This document shows positions 13,301-23,727 of a stretch of DNA of 64,000 bases, piece after piece; position 1 is the first letter of the stretch; each line of letters begins with the position of its first letter. The stretch comes from a virus, in the IMG/VR virus record IMGVR_UViG_3300009151_000035, positions 1 to 64,000 of that record. One strand, given 5' to 3'. The notes under the pieces were generated by a model. The model was not told the DNA's origin, ran no database searches, and worked only from the letters and a program-made list of their open reading frames with translations. Both the position numbers and the translations under genes were made by a program.

Positions 13301-16300
13301 TGTGTAATTGTAAACTTGCACCGTGTCAAAAACCTGACTGGTAGTGTAACTTACTGTATATGTTGATGTAGTGAATACTGGAGTGGCCGGCAGCATGTCA
13401 CTCCAATAGAATGGATTGCTTGCTGTGCGGCCTAGTGTGATTTCAGCTATCACCAAATCAAGAACTTGCGATGCAGTTTGATACTGTATGGTTTGTCTGG
13501 TCACAGCTTCCAGCATTTGATTTTTGTACTTTTGGTATTCTCTGCTGTTGTATTCCAGCGCACCAAAAATGTTGTACTGCTGAGACCGCATGAAGTATCC
13601 AGCAAGAGTCAGTGGCGAGCTTTGTTGTAAAATCACTTGTCCGTAAGGTATAATGTCACCAAGGTCTCTAGTGTTATTTGCACCATTTATCGAGCCAGAA
13701 AATGTGGTTAAATTTTGACAGATGCTGTTGTAGTGAGTGCGCAATGTGCCCAATGTAAAATTTGGGCTGTCAGCATTAAGTGCATTGTTATTGAGATTTA
13801 AAGGGACTTGATAAAACGCCACCTGGCTCACTTGGTCGCTGAGTACTTCAACTTCAATTACATCCCCTACCACATGTACAGTGCTGAATGTAATGGTTGT
13901 AGTATTAGCAGTGATTGCAACTGTGTATGTGCCTGGATCTTGAAATATTGATCCCACAAATACTTTTACACTGGGCACAGTAGTTACTGCGTTTGATTGC
14001 ACAGCAACATCCAGTTGCAACGGTTGCAAATTATACACAAATTTAAACTGCTGGCGCATCAACGTTGGTACTGCCGCAGTTTGCCAGCCAATCAATCTTT
14101 CATATGCAGTTCTTGACGCATACTCATAAACAAATCCCAAACTGATTGGTGCTGTGGTGCTGGTATTGTTGATCACATACACAAATGTATCAGAATACAA
14201 ATTGTTATCAAACACAATATCACCAACGTTGGTCAAATTGAGATACTTGAGCGCCAACTGCAACACTGGGTCCGCAGTGCCTGTACCAGTTGCGTAACTA
14301 AACAATTTTGTACCCACAAATGTGGAACTTGGATATGTTATACGGTCAGCCAAACTTATACCATTGGCATCATATATGTCAAACAATGGCGCTTGTTGCA
14401 CTGAGGTTTTTTGCTGTGCTTCTAACCAGTTTGTCCCATCATACCAATAGGTAATACCAACTTGTGATTCACTCAAACATGTGACAGTTTGATCAACAAA
14501 TATTTCACCGTCTGTTGCTTCAACCAAATTTATAATTGGCTGCGCAATCAGTGGTGGCACAGTATCTGGCGTAACAAAATTCACCACATACAGTTTTCTG
14601 CGCACAGCAAGATCGGCATCTGCTGCAAATATCACACGACTGCCATTGACAAATGTATAACCGTTAACCGAGTACCCAGTGCTGCCTTCAACATTGCTGA
14701 ACGCATCAGTTTCAGTGAAGTCAATTGTATCTACTGGTTGTTTGGCTTCTGTCCCCATGTTATACAATCTAATACCACCACGGAATTGTATAATTGGTCG
14801 CTTGCCTTTAAAATTGTTGTCTATTGTGACTGGAGTATCGTTGTATACACCTGTGGCATTGAGTACATCAATGTGGAACCAACAATTGCTACGACTCCAT
14901 GCATTCAAATCAGGACTGTCGCGATTGATTGTGAGATAATCAATATCGTGATTGTATTGTTCTGGGGTGATATAATTTGCTACAGGCAATAGTTCAATTG
15001 CTGTGCCAACACCGCTTACATAATACTGTGGATTTTGACTGGTGGTAGCAGTCATGGTTCCATTTGCAGAAGTCAATGTCACTGCTGGACCATTTATAGT
15101 TACACTTACTTTAAATTGGCTACTGCTAAACACAGTGTGAACATAGTAGGTAACGCCAGTGGTCACTCCACCAAATGTATTGCCAGTGAAAACAATCTGT
15201 TGCCCTACAGTCATTCCCACTGTGGATTCAGTTGTGATAAGGTTGATACCAGCCGCAGTGTTTATACAAACAAATGCATTGGATCTAGTGGCATAGCTGG
15301 CAGGTGATACGTCACCTAGAAACTGAACCTTCAATCCGTTAGTAAACGTCACACCATTTGGACTGGTGTAGTTTTTCTTGCCCAGTATATCCTGAATGTA
15401 TAATGTACTGATGCTGGCTTGTTCAATCAATCGTATGGTGCCAAAAATTTCAGGGTCAGTACCATCTTGGTAATACAAAGTATCTAGCTTGGCTGTAAGC
15501 TGAGGCATCTCAACAATGTATCCAGATTGATTTTTGTACCATTGTGTGCTAGAATATTCAGTACCATAACGTATGGTCCATCTTTCTAAGTTGGCTATGT
15601 TTAGAATGCTGCCCAATGATAGATAGGTATAAGCACCAACAACAACATAACTTATACGCCATACGCTGTAGTAATTGGTGGCAGGATTGCCTGCGCTGTT
15701 GGCAAACACTAATGTTCTTGTGTTGAGGTCAGTAATGCCATCAATGCCACCATAGGTAGCTATGAATTGATCCAATCTTGCACCGTCAATGTTTTCAAAA
15801 AACAAATCAGTAACAAGATCAACAGCTCCAATACTGGTAAGACCGTAGAAAAAATCTTGTGCTGTTTTTTGTGGCACATTAAAATTAATTACACCAAGAT
15901 CAATGCCATTGTCTGTAACACCATAAATGGATCTGGAAGAGATGTTTGGCGTTGTGGGGGTTCTTCCATTGACTCCTGGAGCAGTTTGAATCCAAAATCC
16001 TGGACCATCCCCAGGTTCAGCATTGACTATACTGATAGTTCCACGCATGAGACTTTGATTCTCACACGAGTAATACAGTGTGTCTGGTGCGTCTTGTGGC
16101 ACAGTAAACGTCACTGTACCTGTGATTGATCCATTGCGAGAGACACCTGAATTGTACTGATCACCTGTGCCTGTGGTCGGAGCAGTTTTGATCCAGAATG
16201 GAAAATCGCCTTGCACAAACAAATTAAATGTATATGTGTTGCCCCGAATCAAGGTGATGGTGGCATTGGGTTCGTTGTCAATATTGAAACTGGTAACGTT

Positions 16301-16915
16301 GGTACGTGTTACTCGATAGTTGACTGTTTCTTTATTGTTTTGTGCTACCTGGAATGTGTAGTTTCCGCCTCGCACCAAATTCAATGTAGGATTGTTTCCG
16401 GTCACGCCCGAAAATGTATAAACACCATTTTCTCTGTTTACAATAAAATTTTGACTCAGCGCAGCTCCTGGCGATTGCACAGTGACTACATCAGGACCGT
16501 TTGGAACCCAATAGTACTGGCTGAAGTTTACAAATGTGTCAAAGTCAATGAAAGGATCAAGACAATAGTAGTCGCTGGTGTACAATCGGCTAGGTTGTGT
16601 TGATGGGCTACCTTGATACACCAACGTATCAGTTATACCTGGATAGGTAATGGCATCTACTATTTTGCTATTGTCAGTGGGACTGATGCTGATAACTCCA
16701 GGTTCAAGCTGGTAGTCAGCACGAGTTTTTGTTGGCTCGATCACATACTTGTCATTGGGATTTACACCAGGGCCAACAGTACGGCCAATATAACCTTGAG
16801 TCTTTTTAAACTTTGGTTCTTGAATCAGCTGATCCAATGTAGCAGCCAGAAACTGCTTGTTGGCGTCAGTCTGAAAAATCTCAGGAAGAAAATCTACACT
16901 GCGTACTCGTGCCAT
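1340..16915 (-). CDS. Giant (~5,190 aa) multidomain virion protein, baseplate wedge / tail-appendage type
   Basis: Uninterrupted ORF. ATG at 16915 overlaps the upstream stop (TGATG). Contains FG-GAP-like repeats, beta-rich Thr/Gly/Asn modules and tail-fibre modules; directly downstream of the gp6-like gene. Confidence 0.85.
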   Translation of the reverse strand: MARVRSVDFLPEIFQTDANKQFLAATLDQLIQEPKFKKTQGYIGRTVGPGVNPNDKYVIEPTKTRADYQLEPGVISISPTDNSKIVDAITYPGITDTLVYQGSPSTQPSRLYTSDYYCLDPFIDFDTFVNFSQYYWVPNGPDVVTVQSPGAALSQNFIVNRENGVYTFSGVTGNNPTLNLVRGGNYTFQVAQNNKETVNYRVTRTNVTSFNIDNEPNATITLIRGNTYTFNLFVQGDFPFWIKTAPTTGTGDQYNSGVSRNGSITGTVTFTVPQDAPDTLYYSCENQSLMRGTISIVNAEPGDGPGFWIQTAPGVNGRTPTTPNISSRSIYGVTDNGIDLGVINFNVPQKTAQDFFYGLTSIGAVDLVTDLFFENIDGARLDQFIATYGGIDGITDLNTRTLVFANSAGNPATNYYSVWRISYVVVGAYTYLSLGSILNIANLERWTIRYGTEYSSTQWYKNQSGYIVEMPQLTAKLDTLYYQDGTDPEIFGTIRLIEQASISTLYIQDILGKKNYTSPNGVTFTNGLKVQFLGDVSPASYATRSNAFVCINTAAGINLITTESTVGMTVGQQIVFTGNTFGGVTTGVTYYVHTVFSSSQFKVSVTINGPAVTLTSANGTMTATTSQNPQYYVSGVGTAIELLPVANYITPEQYNHDIDYLTINRDSPDLNAWSRSNCWFHIDVLNATGVYNDTPVTIDNNFKGKRPIIQFRGGIRLYNMGTEAKQPVDTIDFTETDAFSNVEGSTGYSVNGYTFVNGSRVIFAADADLAVRRKLYVVNFVTPDTVPPLIAQPIINLVEATDGEIFVDQTVTCLSESQVGITYWYDGTNWLEAQQKTSVQQAPLFDIYDANGISLADRITYPSSTFVGTKLFSYATGTGTADPVLQLALKYLNLTNVGDIVFDNNLYSDTFVYVINNTSTTAPISLGFVYEYASRTAYERLIGWQTAAVPTLMRQQFKFVYNLQPLQLDVAVQSNAVTTVPSVKVFVGSIFQDPGTYTVAITANTTTITFSTVHVVGDVIEVEVLSDQVSQVAFYQVPLNLNNNALNADSPNFTLGTLRTHYNSICQNLTTFSGSINGANNTRDLGDIIPYGQVILQQSSPLTLAGYFMRSQQYNIFGALEYNSREYQKYKNQMLEAVTRQTIQYQTASQVLDLVIAEITLGRTASNPFYWSDMLPATPVFTTSTYTVSYTTSQVFDTVQVYNYTSANYLGMNVYVNDRILTRDLEYTVATNGPRIDILIELVIGDTITIQEYSATYGTYVPNTPSKMGLYPVWRPVIEPVKTSSGEQLVILGHDGSQTPIFGDIRDEVLLEFETRIYNNIKLDGNPVPLDIVDVLPGQFRNTGYSSAEINSILETNFLSYVGWNKLDYTTQNYNASNPFTYNYSTSTNVLNGSNLLGAWRGIYRYFYDTQQPELTPWEMIGFTVKPDWWDITYGSGPYTSDNMNLWDDLELGLVRDPVGAYILSAYARPKLTSVLPTDSAGILLAPLESVVGNYNTQTFQKSWAPGDGGPVEASWWNSSDYPFAAMRLLALTRPAKFFALFADRDLYKYSTEFDQYLYNNRYRLDATGVQVYGDGTSKASYINWIVDYNRITGTNSTVALEKDLQNLDVRLCYRMASFSDKQYLKIYTEKSSPKSTNTSLQIPPESYQLLVYKNQPFDRLIYSSVVIQVTDGGWAVFGYSTARPFFNTFTSIPVGQFETYSVAGKTIKVPANYTDTIAQIPYGFVFTTESAVANFLLSYGKFLESQGFQFTNQTNGYLMTWSQMVYEFIYWSQQGWGNGSLINLNPLAIGLSVFKEQAVVDTITSQTAEHVILDQNRRDFPVRDLNIVRVDNNFTVQPLNNQSLSFIDMRYTSFESMIVLDNASLFGDLIFEPITGARQSRLYISGTTTTEWDGSVNAQGFILNQNNIPAWTGLKTYAKGEIVTHKGAYWSAATIVQPSTKFNYNDWNQSDYTFIEQGLLANLANKADQLSNSYDINSANLIQDNDLLSYGLIGFRPRQYMAALNLDDVSQLNIYREFLRTKGTKNSVDLFGQAKFNKEVAEYQVYENWAIQNGVYGANANRSFFDLRLNRALLSSNPSLVQVVVPNEPSTADQQIFLGDVWKSSFPLTTTALLPTTTTLPTDISLPSAGYVNIDDADITVFNLDDPASINANINSIIVGTTFWVAKVNNYDWGIYRAEAVPGQIQHVCDNLNGTSRVIFSGQHGLTTGDRLIIRFFDAEVNGVYTVLSVPNLTTVNIALDLVGDRTVVDGVGIGFTLKTMRVAQASDVLNLPYAQQFLPGAKVWVDDNGSGLWEVLQKQNPFTDRAILAPVLLDATEQYGASVAQATNRSALFVGSPRYGFGSGTAKGGIYLYVRNAGDQYVPISPIAGQDTVLTLTTTGLRGYGNAVDAGNQTFAIGGASASLGPAAAGYPANNGYAVVLWRDPSAGAANTSPWYQSQLLTLPGTTTTTTPGAGEFGYSVAMSLDERWLYVGAPGLNRVYAYGQVQWEDQVLQYIANGTSNTADISNTVQINNLNQLVVTNNLRVLAVTTGSISGYQLTVSSVASGALVVGSYITGTGVAAGTYIVAFGSGSGGAGTYTINISQTVASRTISEYTVNGSYSTVTFATPPAAGDVVAISRKYVKTFTASGASYALSQWLFTARSNNIYSFSVTVDNVLQRPNIDYTYAGTTITFYNVPSAGASIVVTSQFYYELAGTITPTVAVVAGARFGNSVQCSTDGRQVIIGCSSATVNGLLEAGSVYIIDRNVQKFIRQDDSSNTYTVLGTVTAPVSVLVNNVFLTNQTDSIVGADNTFSVSGNNITINKELYVGDVIEIEINQFVQQQLITENTVAEYTNYGQSLDLCPYNCSLYVGAPQDSSIVWKGGVVERSVNKARSYGTITSTIANPSLTAGQTLRVNNVDIAVPASPNNNIAGLAAAINGGEAGTNSGAPNATAVVSSTGYLTIFVTNTDAAPEGNKLQVAPGSVGTVFSALGFATFVYTQTIASPRPLEFSQFGYSVAVNDTALNLVVGSPRGSLYLPMVFDYNIVTEVAGTTFDGNSTTFFSPVVQSGVVYTYDYLPSNSLSVANPGKFIFGQQVETNAVSYLDQFGYAVSYNSGVLVATAPGEDFEDSTFSEFGAAYIFENPTRRLAWEPIAIQPPVVDIRLLSSVYMYDRITSAKSHFFDFFDPLQGKVLGAAQENIDYISAVDPAAYNVGPINNRGDTWATTHLGEVWWDISTVRFIDPNQDNPTYASRRWGQVFPGSRVDVYQWISSSVPPANYNGVGTPYSTISYVVSTRLNQSGTFVTEYYYWIRGITETASQLGKTLSVATVASYIQEPRASGISYIAPINSSTIAIYNALEYIVASDTIISVEFDQSITNANVHTEYELIAQGQADSFLSGNLYRKLQDSFCGVDTFGNKVPDPNLNYAQRYGVQFRPRQSMFVDRFLALKNYIQRANDVFALYPITEIRSFVLLNSAEPEPSANSGDWNLRVANLEILGFQDIYAVPLGYKYLVVTNSLNRGLWTINEVQVTNDPAVREIVLTRVQNYDTRQYWSYVNWYQPGYNSSSTIVAEVPNYASLSTLSVAIGSSVKVTANAQGKFEIYLRTDTGWDRVGLEDGTIEISAVIYDYALGRFGFDVEVFDAQYYDQEPVIETRKIIQAINEELFIDELKIERNRSLTLMFNFILSELLAPEWLIKTSLIDVQHKVRNLLPYQNYIRDNQDFVSDYIQEVKPYHVQVREFNLTYDGADSYQGSLTDFDVPAYYDTNLTLPQFVSPILLPYQHATTQQFNTLSDTAPNSTLWPTWPYSQWFDNYLLHVDSITVTNQGTGYTIAPTVLIVPAEGDTGSGAEAVAVLNSLGNIVSITLINGGSGYRVTPSIVFDGGNGTGAFAYPQMANGLVRSFRTVLKYDRYQYQTSVLTWSENGTYENGTLVRYDDRVWQASSADGSSAVVGPTFNLEDWIVIDAATLGGVNRTMGFYVPGVNELGLDLNLLVDGTSYPGVQVWGDYFLGSSPASPTLVCTATNATTNEISCVQTARLTVNDPIRFYGTVFGGIVAGTVYYICSIVSTTHFTITLAPDGLPFTLTTATGTMVADVPELIDATYASSFTDQYLGVRPTDINVDGGEFIGPYEGHAPEELVNGSEYDTLDFRVYTRPGADWTGQGHGFGIGTYNYVYDNRSLYWGDLVQYPVNIEVSNENTNSDLTPDIDYVVDWQAQTITAVSGGGINTGDIISITAYEMGGGNQLFRGNYGGSDTGNSVIIPVNASEIYELVLFVNGVNVSGATWTSYAVSVPWTYENSYAAQTVVKNNTLYYRALQTVPVGTAIDNPLFWVEFVPKLQSTVTFPYPMANVKYATTTSLFGSFGYVYNNGSNGVGATLTGYNAYDDYSALTIDGATLSVGDRVLVKNETGTYVNNTTQSAAFNGIYTVTRVGNNSVYWILTRAIDFDAPAEIPSAITLVTAGTTNAATRWVCTSNPDISVGTTSINWNRFIGNDAPYSAGDGISITAMGFENPQHSWSTAVTQYHTATQSDTLTSSINLENSMQGTNVANLVVTINGRRLQPPEGIEWTGDGTSSSFGLPQRGNYPQSSINAFNNIQVWVNNVLQVQNFGSTIGNYYVTNWNGSNTPGRQVVFFTPPADGAQILISVNLIAQYTVVLGSPNRLLITPLLNLGDQIAITSWNDTSQQDPLTLVFVGPVTTGLTLVEPYDTINYDPLFVDDTSTYTGEYPSGQFIVGNSYTILTAGNTNFVALGAANNNPGTVFVATGSGTVAASGLVSGRSYTIKYLGTTDWTLLGAASNTFNTTFTANATGTGIGTGTAVQGNGTATGTITTRALSTSNFNNTAGSFDFSLGISIPANNFDLGREGLSANRLWATLDGERLYPGVDYAVQGQYLILGSGTIGPTQVLAVNEFTQSIVPAAMAFRLFQDMREVQTTFRITPATTTTVAQEVSATADIIYVTSALALSQPNLSAGIFGVVTIDGERILYRVRDLGTNSISGLQRGTAGTAATTHAVAAQVYDMGIGNRQPQQFQNYIVSDTAVGDGSTTIFYAPTIQFDLADSSFEINSIEVYVGGNRARVGYYAGQFVVGQTYTIASVGNTNWHTIGLASDVYPLPGVVFTATGIGSGTGVAGTSLASNYYQQTDYDPLAVQFLTANDLSAPGAGVEVVILQHRGVTWYAPGVNTPSNGRPLQLTETTAARFLRGL

Positions 16916-19900
16916 CAAATTACTCCGCTACCTGGTGCAGTACGCAAGTTGGTACTGGTCAATGCATCAATTACAATAATGTTGTCAATGGTAGCGCCGT
17001 TAACAAATATTTCATTGGGTTCTGCTCTTACTTCGTACATGTCGCCAAAGTATTTTTGTGTGTCTAGTGGCACTAGTACCACCGAACTAATTATGGTTCC
17101 AAGATATCTGTGCAAGTATGCTGCCAGTTCTGAAAAATAGAATGTGTCTCCAAAATTCCATTTATCAATACTGAAGTATTCATTCATAGCTGCCAATACA
17201 GAACTTTGGATTTCACTCACACTGGCTGTGGAATTTTGCGCACGGATAACTTTGATTGTGGCTTGTAATGTTTTGGCTGCTTTGGGACCAAACAGTGGTT
17301 TGAACACTACAGAATTTAACACAATGTTGTCGCTGATCATTTTGTATTCATTTAGACCTTGATACTGTGTACTAAGTTCATCAATGGTTGGCATATCAGG
17401 TTCAGACACTGTGCCAGTGGTATCTGTAATCCAATTCTGATAGGCAGTATAATATGATTGCGTAACCACGTACAAGTCAATGATGTTGGTAGTACCTGGA
17501 TCGATTCTGTTGGTAAGTGGTGAGTTGTGGCGATATTGGAAAAACAACGCCTGGCGACCTGTTCTAGCAATCCATTCACCTTGGGCTGCAGGTGTTATAA
17601 CTCTCACACCTGCGGTATTAATTGTCAATGTATAGAACAATTCATCACTGTAAGCATAAAAAACCTGACCGGGAGAATATTGAAATTTTATCAATTCAAG
17701 ACTATCATATGTGGGGTAATCTGAATTTACTACACCTGGTTCTACCAGCAAATATCTTTGCAGATTGTCAAAGTCAACAGTGCGTTGCAAAAACACCAAT
17801 TTGAGGTTAGGAGTAACTGTTGGGGCAACAATCTCATCAAAAAAGTCTGGATTGTCTGGCACACCATCGCTGTCACTATCTCTATAGCTGATCAATACTT
17901 GAAAGTCATCAACATATCCGTCTGACTCTACTGGTTGGCCAATAATTGTGGTATAGATATCGCCAGGCAAGGGTGACGAGCTGTCGGGTTTGGTGTTTAC
18001 TGCCAACACATTGATAAAATCTCTAATTGTAGTACCTGTGCGACTGTCATAAATCTTTTGATTGCCATAAAAGAAAAATCTTGTTTGCAACACCGATCCA
18101 AAGTAATAGGCAAGTCCACGGAATGTAATGGTGTACCGATTGTTCACTACTACAAACTGCACCAACCAACTGGCATCTAAATTGTTTCCTGATGTGTTGC
18201 CTGCATAAGTTTGACTCCAAGTTGCATCAGCATTTAGATTGGTGCTTGTAATCAAATACCAAGTGCCAGCGGTGCCAGTAATAGAACCAGTATTGTCATA
18301 TCCAAGACCAAAATTTCTATACAACACAATTTGTTGTGTCATTTGTTCTCTTAGAGACAATACTAAATCGGTCAAAAATACAGGGATAATAGTGTCAACA
18401 ACTGCACCAGTGGGCACAAAATTATTGAGTGCCACTGGACCCTCGCCACTGGTTAAATTACCAGTGCCGTTGTTGCTGCCATCGCCCACTATAGCAATGG
18501 GGCTTGCCCAAATTTCCAAATGATCTTCTGGTCTAGTTGGTAGTCCTTGTTTTAATCTATTGTTTGCATCAAAATAATACGGCTGACCATTAATCACTGG
18601 AGGAATAAATCTAATCAAACTTTTTTGCACCACATACTTGAACGCAGTGCTGCTAAATGTGGGACCAACCAAAATTGGTGCGCCTAATGCATTTACAAAA
18701 TATCCTGTGGTTTCGTTGGCTATTGTTGTGCTTTGATTCCAAGTGCTTAGTGCTGTTTCGCCAGTGTTTACAGTTATTCTCGGAAAGTTAGCATAGTAAA
18801 ATTGATTGAAGGTGGCACCAACAATAGCAGGCTGCACTTGATTGATAATAAGATCAGAAATTTCATTGCGATTGATCCAACTGAACAGAATGGTAGGAAG
18901 AATATTATTTTTCCAAATTCCTCCATCGCTGGAAAATGTATTGGTGGATGAGTACTTGCCTGTGTTGTCCACAAGATCAAGATATCGACTGGTACCAATT
19001 GAAGCACGATTCAATGCCTTGCTCTTGATGATTGAATTGTAAAGAGTAAACGGGAACAAGTTATAATCTTCGCCGTTGACCATGCGATTCTGTGTGTAGT
19101 ATCTAGCAGGAGCACGTTGTTTGATAGCATCGATGCTTTCACGACTTTGAGCATTGCTAACAGGCTGTGTAATACCACAGGTGAATGTGATGGTTTGCAA
19201 ATTGCCATTGCGATCAACATAGCTGATTGGCAGCACCACATTTTGCATTTCGGCAGGATTGATAATGTATTGCAAGCCGTTTGAAGCACGAACATACGCA
19301 CGGAAAATGCCCACTGGAATCTCTGAAAACACTCCATCACCAAATACCATGGTGATCTGATCATTGGTTCTGCTGGTTACAGAAAAAATTGGTCTTAGCA
19401 TTGCAGTTTGTTCTGCAGCCGCTGAATAAATGTTTTCAGTATAAGTCCACTCTCGATTGATACTGCCCACATTGTCCAACTGGAACAACCAACGGTCTTC
19501 GTTGTTGACGCCATCAATGTTTATGTTTACTGTGCGATTGGCAATGCGTTCGGCCAAATTGAAGTCTTGGTTTTGCAAGGTGCCTTGTTTGAAAAAGAAA
19601 AAGAAACCGTTATTGGCCGATTGGTAACCTAGCTGGTCATTGCGATACAACACATTGAATGTGGCATTGGGTCTGGGACTGGGTTCATAAATATAGTCTC
19701 GGCCGGCTGTGGTCGAAGTGGTGGCTTCAAACGGCATGTTCACACCATCCACTGTGGCAGTGTAAGGAATCACCGGCAAGAATCCAGGCACTAGATTGAT
19801 ACCATATTCACTGGTATCTACGCCCAAAATGGTTTGACGGTTTGACGGACGGCCAATTTTTTGGCTGCTGACCAGTGATGAGTTAACAATAGCATTCCAT

Positions 19901-20364
19901 TGTTCTAACCAGTCAAAGTTTGTGGGATCAGCCCAATTAACTGTGACATTGGCCAGATTCACACCGTTATAATCCACAACATTTTCTGTTGTGGTCACGC
20001 TAAATGCTTTGAGCAAGCCCTGTGCGGCTGTGTTGCGTTTGGCTGTATAGCTCACAAGATTGGCCAGACGTGTGACTGAATCTCTGCGTTCTGCTGTGTC
20101 TAAATAGTTTTCTCTTGTGTTTAAATCTGTACGGAATGCCAATGCTTGGCCCATGAACGCAATCACATCCAGCAAGGCAATGTATTCAGATGACTCAATG
20201 TAGTCATTGAATGTTTCTGGATAGTACAAACGCAGATAATCAGTAAAACTCTTACGTAGAGTTTCAAAGTCGTAGCTTTGGAAGTCTGCTTCGCGATAAG
20301 TTTGATAGATCTGTTTCCAGTCTTCTACACCAAATATCGCAGTTTGTCTAGTGGTTTTTGCCAT
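16915..20364 (-). CDS. Baseplate wedge subunit, T4 gp6-like
   Basis: [14 protein letters not shown]...[18 protein letters not shown]...[20 protein letters not shown] and [21 protein letters not shown] match gp6/baseplate-J hallmarks; adjacent to the gp25-like gene. Confidence 0.85.
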   Translation of the reverse strand: MAKTTRQTAIFGVEDWKQIYQTYREADFQSYDFETLRKSFTDYLRLYYPETFNDYIESSEYIALLDVIAFMGQALAFRTDLNTRENYLDTAERRDSVTRLANLVSYTAKRNTAAQGLLKAFSVTTTENVVDYNGVNLANVTVNWADPTNFDWLEQWNAIVNSSLVSSQKIGRPSNRQTILGVDTSEYGINLVPGFLPVIPYTATVDGVNMPFEATTSTTAGRDYIYEPSPRPNATFNVLYRNDQLGYQSANNGFFFFFKQGTLQNQDFNLAERIANRTVNINIDGVNNEDRWLFQLDNVGSINREWTYTENIYSAAAEQTAMLRPIFSVTSRTNDQITMVFGDGVFSEIPVGIFRAYVRASNGLQYIINPAEMQNVVLPISYVDRNGNLQTITFTCGITQPVSNAQSRESIDAIKQRAPARYYTQNRMVNGEDYNLFPFTLYNSIIKSKALNRASIGTSRYLDLVDNTGKYSSTNTFSSDGGIWKNNILPTILFSWINRNEISDLIINQVQPAIVGATFNQFYYANFPRITVNTGETALSTWNQSTTIANETTGYFVNALGAPILVGPTFSSTAFKYVVQKSLIRFIPPVINGQPYYFDANNRLKQGLPTRPEDHLEIWASPIAIVGDGSNNGTGNLTSGEGPVALNNFVPTGAVVDTIIPVFLTDLVLSLREQMTQQIVLYRNFGLGYDNTGSITGTAGTWYLITSTNLNADATWSQTYAGNTSGNNLDASWLVQFVVVNNRYTITFRGLAYYFGSVLQTRFFFYGNQKIYDSRTGTTIRDFINVLAVNTKPDSSSPLPGDIYTTIIGQPVESDGYVDDFQVLISYRDSDSDGVPDNPDFFDEIVAPTVTPNLKLVFLQRTVDFDNLQRYLLVEPGVVNSDYPTYDSLELIKFQYSPGQVFYAYSDELFYTLTINTAGVRVITPAAQGEWIARTGRQALFFQYRHNSPLTNRIDPGTTNIIDLYVVTQSYYTAYQNWITDTTGTVSEPDMPTIDELSTQYQGLNEYKMISDNIVLNSVVFKPLFGPKAAKTLQATIKVIRAQNSTASVSEIQSSVLAAMNEYFSIDKWNFGDTFYFSELAAYLHRYLGTIISSVVLVPLDTQKYFGDMYEVRAEPNEIFVNGATIDNIIVIDALTSTNLRTAPGSGVI

Positions 20365-20393
20365 TGTGTCTGGGCCTTGTATTCTTTATCTGT

Positions 20394-20422
20394 TATTTAT
20401 GTAGATAAAAAACGGCGTAGTT
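20394..20422 (-). promoter_or_regulatory. Late promoter TAAATA with upstream AACTACGCCGTTTTT element
   Basis: Minus strand reads AACTACGCCGTTTTTTATCTACATAAATA upstream of the gp6-like gene; a near-identical arrangement occurs at 29141-29169. Confidence 0.55.
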
Positions 20423-20795
20423 ATACGTAACTGGCTGCACGGCTGACTTGATTGAAGAACACATTCAGTATTTCGGCATTAACGCCGCCTACAGTTTGTA
20501 TCTGCAATTCAATCAACATGCCATTTTCTTGAGGATATACATTGATGTTGCTGATGAATACTCTAGGATCACCACCAGCCACTCGTTGCACTTCATTGAT
20601 AATACCTTGTTGAACTGCCTCAACTTGATTTTCAAACAAGTAACTCCATAATATGGTACCATATCCAGGACGTCCAGGCAATTGACCTTGGCGAATATTA
20701 AATGCATTCAATAGATCACGTTTGATCAATTCAAAATCTACAAGTGTAAATTTTTTGTATTGATTCTGTGTGTTAAAGCCAACAAAGGTAGTCAT
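20421..20795 (-). CDS. Baseplate protein, gp25/GPW-like
   Basis: 124 aa; LIKRDLLNAFNIRQGQLPGRPGYGTILWSYLFE...DPRV fits the GPW_gp25 pattern. Confidence 0.85.
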   Translation of the reverse strand: MTTFVGFNTQNQYKKFTLVDFELIKRDLLNAFNIRQGQLPGRPGYGTILWSYLFENQVEAVQQGIINEVQRVAGGDPRVFISNINVYPQENGMLIELQIQTVGGVNAEILNVFFNQVSRAASYV

Positions 20796-20803
20796 AATAA
20801 TAT

Positions 20804-22207
20804 TTATCCGCCCATATTCTGGTTATTATTAGGAGACGGATCAGGTCTTGGATAGCCTATTGCAGTCAAACTTGGAAGACCACGGCGCAGTCTTTCTGCA
20901 TTGATATTGTCCCATACTACTTGGTCACTACCAGTGTAAATTAACTTGTCGTCGGGAGTCTTAGAATACAAACTGCTTGCAAAATTTGCTGGCAAAATAC
21001 TAGGTACTTTGTCATTGCCCACAATTCGCTTGGCGGCAGCGTCAAGCGTGTCTGTGTTCACAGTATCAACAGCAGCCACAGGCGTGTATTCTTGAAGCAT
21101 TGAAGGATCTATTTTGGTTTGAGTTAGATTTACAGCAAATGCACCATTTACGGCAGCGGCATCAAATTTAGATTTGACATCAGCCGGAAGCCCTGGAGTG
21201 TTTTTTGCCCAATTTAGTGTGTCGGGCACACTCTTGGCAGCATTGGTAGCCAGGCCACTCAGTGCTTGAGGTGTTAGTTTGTCTGTGGGCACACCCAGTG
21301 ATTTTAAGTCTGCCACTCCGGAAGTCATCAAGCCTTGCTGAATTTTGTTTTGCAATCCTTCATTGCCCAACAAGCCATCAAGACTTTTTACACCATCTCT
21401 GCCGGTCCATACTGTGGGACTTTTTAACACGCTGGTAAGATCACTGTTGCCTTGTGCCAAGAATGTGGCAGCAGTTCCTGGTTTGACCAGTCCCCATCGT
21501 TCAAGCTGGCTGGCATCAAGTCCAAATTTGCCTGCGCCTGCTGCGTTGCTGATTGTGTCTGCGTTCTGGCCCACCAACTTGCTGGCTTGCGCCAGCGTTC
21601 CAGTTACGTCAGGTAAATTCATACTGCCAAGCGCAGCCAGTGCAGGTCCTTGTTTGGCAAAGTCTGCTGCATTGATTCCCTCAGTAGGAGTTCCTTTGAT
21701 CAGGCCAGATATTGTACCAACTGCGGTGCTGGCCAGGCTGCCCACTCTTGATGCAGCACCGGTCAATGCACCCGATATAGCTGATGACGAAGGCAATGAA
21801 AATCCAGTGCTAGCACCTGACAATGCTGCGCTGATAGACGCAGTAGCACCACTAGCACCAGTGGTCAATGAATTAAATGCAGCCGCACCACCTTGCAGTG
21901 CGCTGGCTACTTGTGTACCTGCACCTTGGCCAAGTGTGCCTATGCTGGCTGTGAGACTGTTTAAATTTGTTCCAGCAGGTAACCTACTAGATAATGATGC
22001 TAATCCTTGTGTTAATTGACTTTGTGCAGAGGCCAAGCCGGCAGCAGCTTGTGTAGCAGGACTTAATACATCACCAACTCTGAATCCTGTGAGTCCACCG
22101 CTGGCTGTTTGTTGATCAAACACTGCCTTGGCTTGTTCAAATGTAGCACCGGTAGGTGCGTTGATTTCAAACTTTTGCCCGTTGAATTCAAAATTAAATG
22201 TACTCAT
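20804..22207 (-). CDS. Hypothetical baseplate-associated protein, possibly with a degenerate lysozyme-like domain
   Basis: 467 aa, Ala/Gly/Ser-rich, between the gp5-like and gp25-like genes; contains GKFGL...LERWGLVKPG...WTGRDGVKSLDGLL.N..LQ. Confidence 0.6.
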   Translation of the reverse strand: MSTFNFEFNGQKFEINAPTGATFEQAKAVFDQQTASGGLTGFRVGDVLSPATQAAAGLASAQSQLTQGLASLSSRLPAGTNLNSLTASIGTLGQGAGTQVASALQGGAAAFNSLTTGASGATASISAALSGASTGFSLPSSSAISGALTGAASRVGSLASTAVGTISGLIKGTPTEGINAADFAKQGPALAALGSMNLPDVTGTLAQASKLVGQNADTISNAAGAGKFGLDASQLERWGLVKPGTAATFLAQGNSDLTSVLKSPTVWTGRDGVKSLDGLLGNEGLQNKIQQGLMTSGVADLKSLGVPTDKLTPQALSGLATNAAKSVPDTLNWAKNTPGLPADVKSKFDAAAVNGAFAVNLTQTKIDPSMLQEYTPVAAVDTVNTDTLDAAAKRIVGNDKVPSILPANFASSLYSKTPDDKLIYTGSDQVVWDNINAERLRRGLPSLTAIGYPRPDPSPNNNQNMGG

Positions 22208-23718
22208 GCTTTTCTCGTAAATTCAAATCCAGCTGGCACCGGCACAGCGCCTGGGTTAGGTGGCGGCTGTCCTGCTTCTAATGGAATTTCAATGTCTACA
22301 CCTTTATTGTGGTAAGGATATGGTTCGTGTGTGGGCGCTCGAGTAACAATACTTTCAAGACCGTCTGTTTCAACTGCCCAACCGGTGGCACTACTGAACG
22401 TAGTGTCGTCTAATTTGGTCACAGTCAAGTTGTTAGGAGCAGATACCGCACTGGCAGCAGGACCGTTGAGATCAATACCGCCAGCTTCAAATACCAATGC
22501 GCTGCCTCCTGCCCAACTGCCAGTGGCACTTTGTAAAGCCAAACTGCCATCTGCTTTTATGCCAATATAACTTTTGCTATACAGTTTTAAATTTTCTTGT
22601 GTTATCACAGTAAAATCTGCACCAGCTTGCAACGTAATATCTTCTACAGCTTTGGCTTTGATACTGCCGCCAGCATACATGTTGATGTCTCTATCAGCAT
22701 GTAAATTAATATCACCGCGTGTGCGCAAGTTGATACTGTTTGTGGCATACACATCTAGTGTGCCTTGAGCGCCAAGTTCAAACCAAGCTAGGCCGTTAGC
22801 ATGAGTGATGTAGAAAAAGTCTCCGCTATCACTCATTGTAATTTGATGTCCAGCTGTGGTTCTAAATCGTATCAATCTAGTATTGCCGTCAGTGTCGCCA
22901 TCGTCCATCACAATACTGTGTCCGCCCACACGACCAATTACGTTAAGGTCCTGCGGTTTTAGTTCTCCAGCTTGAACTTTTTTCTGTATTTCTCCAAACT
23001 TCATGCCACCTTGATACACCGCAGGGCCAGGTGTGCTAACACCAAACACAGCACTGGGACTTTCTCTTTGGCTTGAACTTGATATGGGTCCGCGTTGAGG
23101 ATCATTTATCAAGCCTTGACGGAACATGGCTTCCGCTACCACACTCTGCACAGGCTTGGGTGCATCAAAAAATCTAGCGTTTTCTTCAAGTGCAAGATTG
23201 TTGGTGTTGATTTCAACCACTGGCAATTGTGATGCTAATCGAAAGTATGCCGCTTGATTTGCATTTTGTGCTATGACTTGAGTGGCAACTGGCGCAGCAC
23301 CAATGGCAGGAACCATGTGTCCAATGCTTTGATCCGGTGCTGTACCAATGTAAAACCCTTGACTGCGATCTCCATTCACAAACACACACAACACTGTTAT
23401 GCCTACATCTGGTGGGGTAAACCACATGCCGTAACTGTTGGAGTTGCCGTCTATGTAGGATCCAACACCAGTCTTGGCAGGATTGTGTGGAGTTGATCCA
23501 AAGAACTGTGGCATGTAGCTGACTGTGATCCATTTTGATGGTTCATTTTCACCACCATTAGAAAATGCATCAATGTAAACTTGTATGCGACCCGAACGTA
23601 TTGAATCTGTTGTGTTTTTTACAATGCCGTAGAATGGGCCAAACTCCGCAGGCACACCGCCACGATCAAACTTGTAGTTTGTGGGACGACCTCTACTGCG
23701 TTGTACATCTGTTGCCAT
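22204..23718 (-). CDS. Baseplate hub / tail spike, gp5/VgrG-like (OB-fold plus beta-helix)
   Basis: GIVKNTTD..RSGRIQVYI...W..V..M...YGMWFTPPDVG..VLC.FVNGD...GFYIG is an OB-fold signature, followed by GH...MDD, RT..GHQI.M.D and beta-helix repeats. Confidence 0.8.
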   Translation of the reverse strand: MATDVQRSRGRPTNYKFDRGGVPAEFGPFYGIVKNTTDSIRSGRIQVYIDAFSNGGENEPSKWITVSYMPQFFGSTPHNPAKTGVGSYIDGNSNSYGMWFTPPDVGITVLCVFVNGDRSQGFYIGTAPDQSIGHMVPAIGAAPVATQVIAQNANQAAYFRLASQLPVVEINTNNLALEENARFFDAPKPVQSVVAEAMFRQGLINDPQRGPISSSSQRESPSAVFGVSTPGPAVYQGGMKFGEIQKKVQAGELKPQDLNVIGRVGGHSIVMDDGDTDGNTRLIRFRTTAGHQITMSDSGDFFYITHANGLAWFELGAQGTLDVYATNSINLRTRGDINLHADRDINMYAGGSIKAKAVEDITLQAGADFTVITQENLKLYSKSYIGIKADGSLALQSATGSWAGGSALVFEAGGIDLNGPAASAVSAPNNLTVTKLDDTTFSSATGWAVETDGLESIVTRAPTHEPYPYHNKGVDIEIPLEAGQPPPNPGAVPVPAGFEFTRKA

Positions 23719-23727
23719 GTGTTATCC

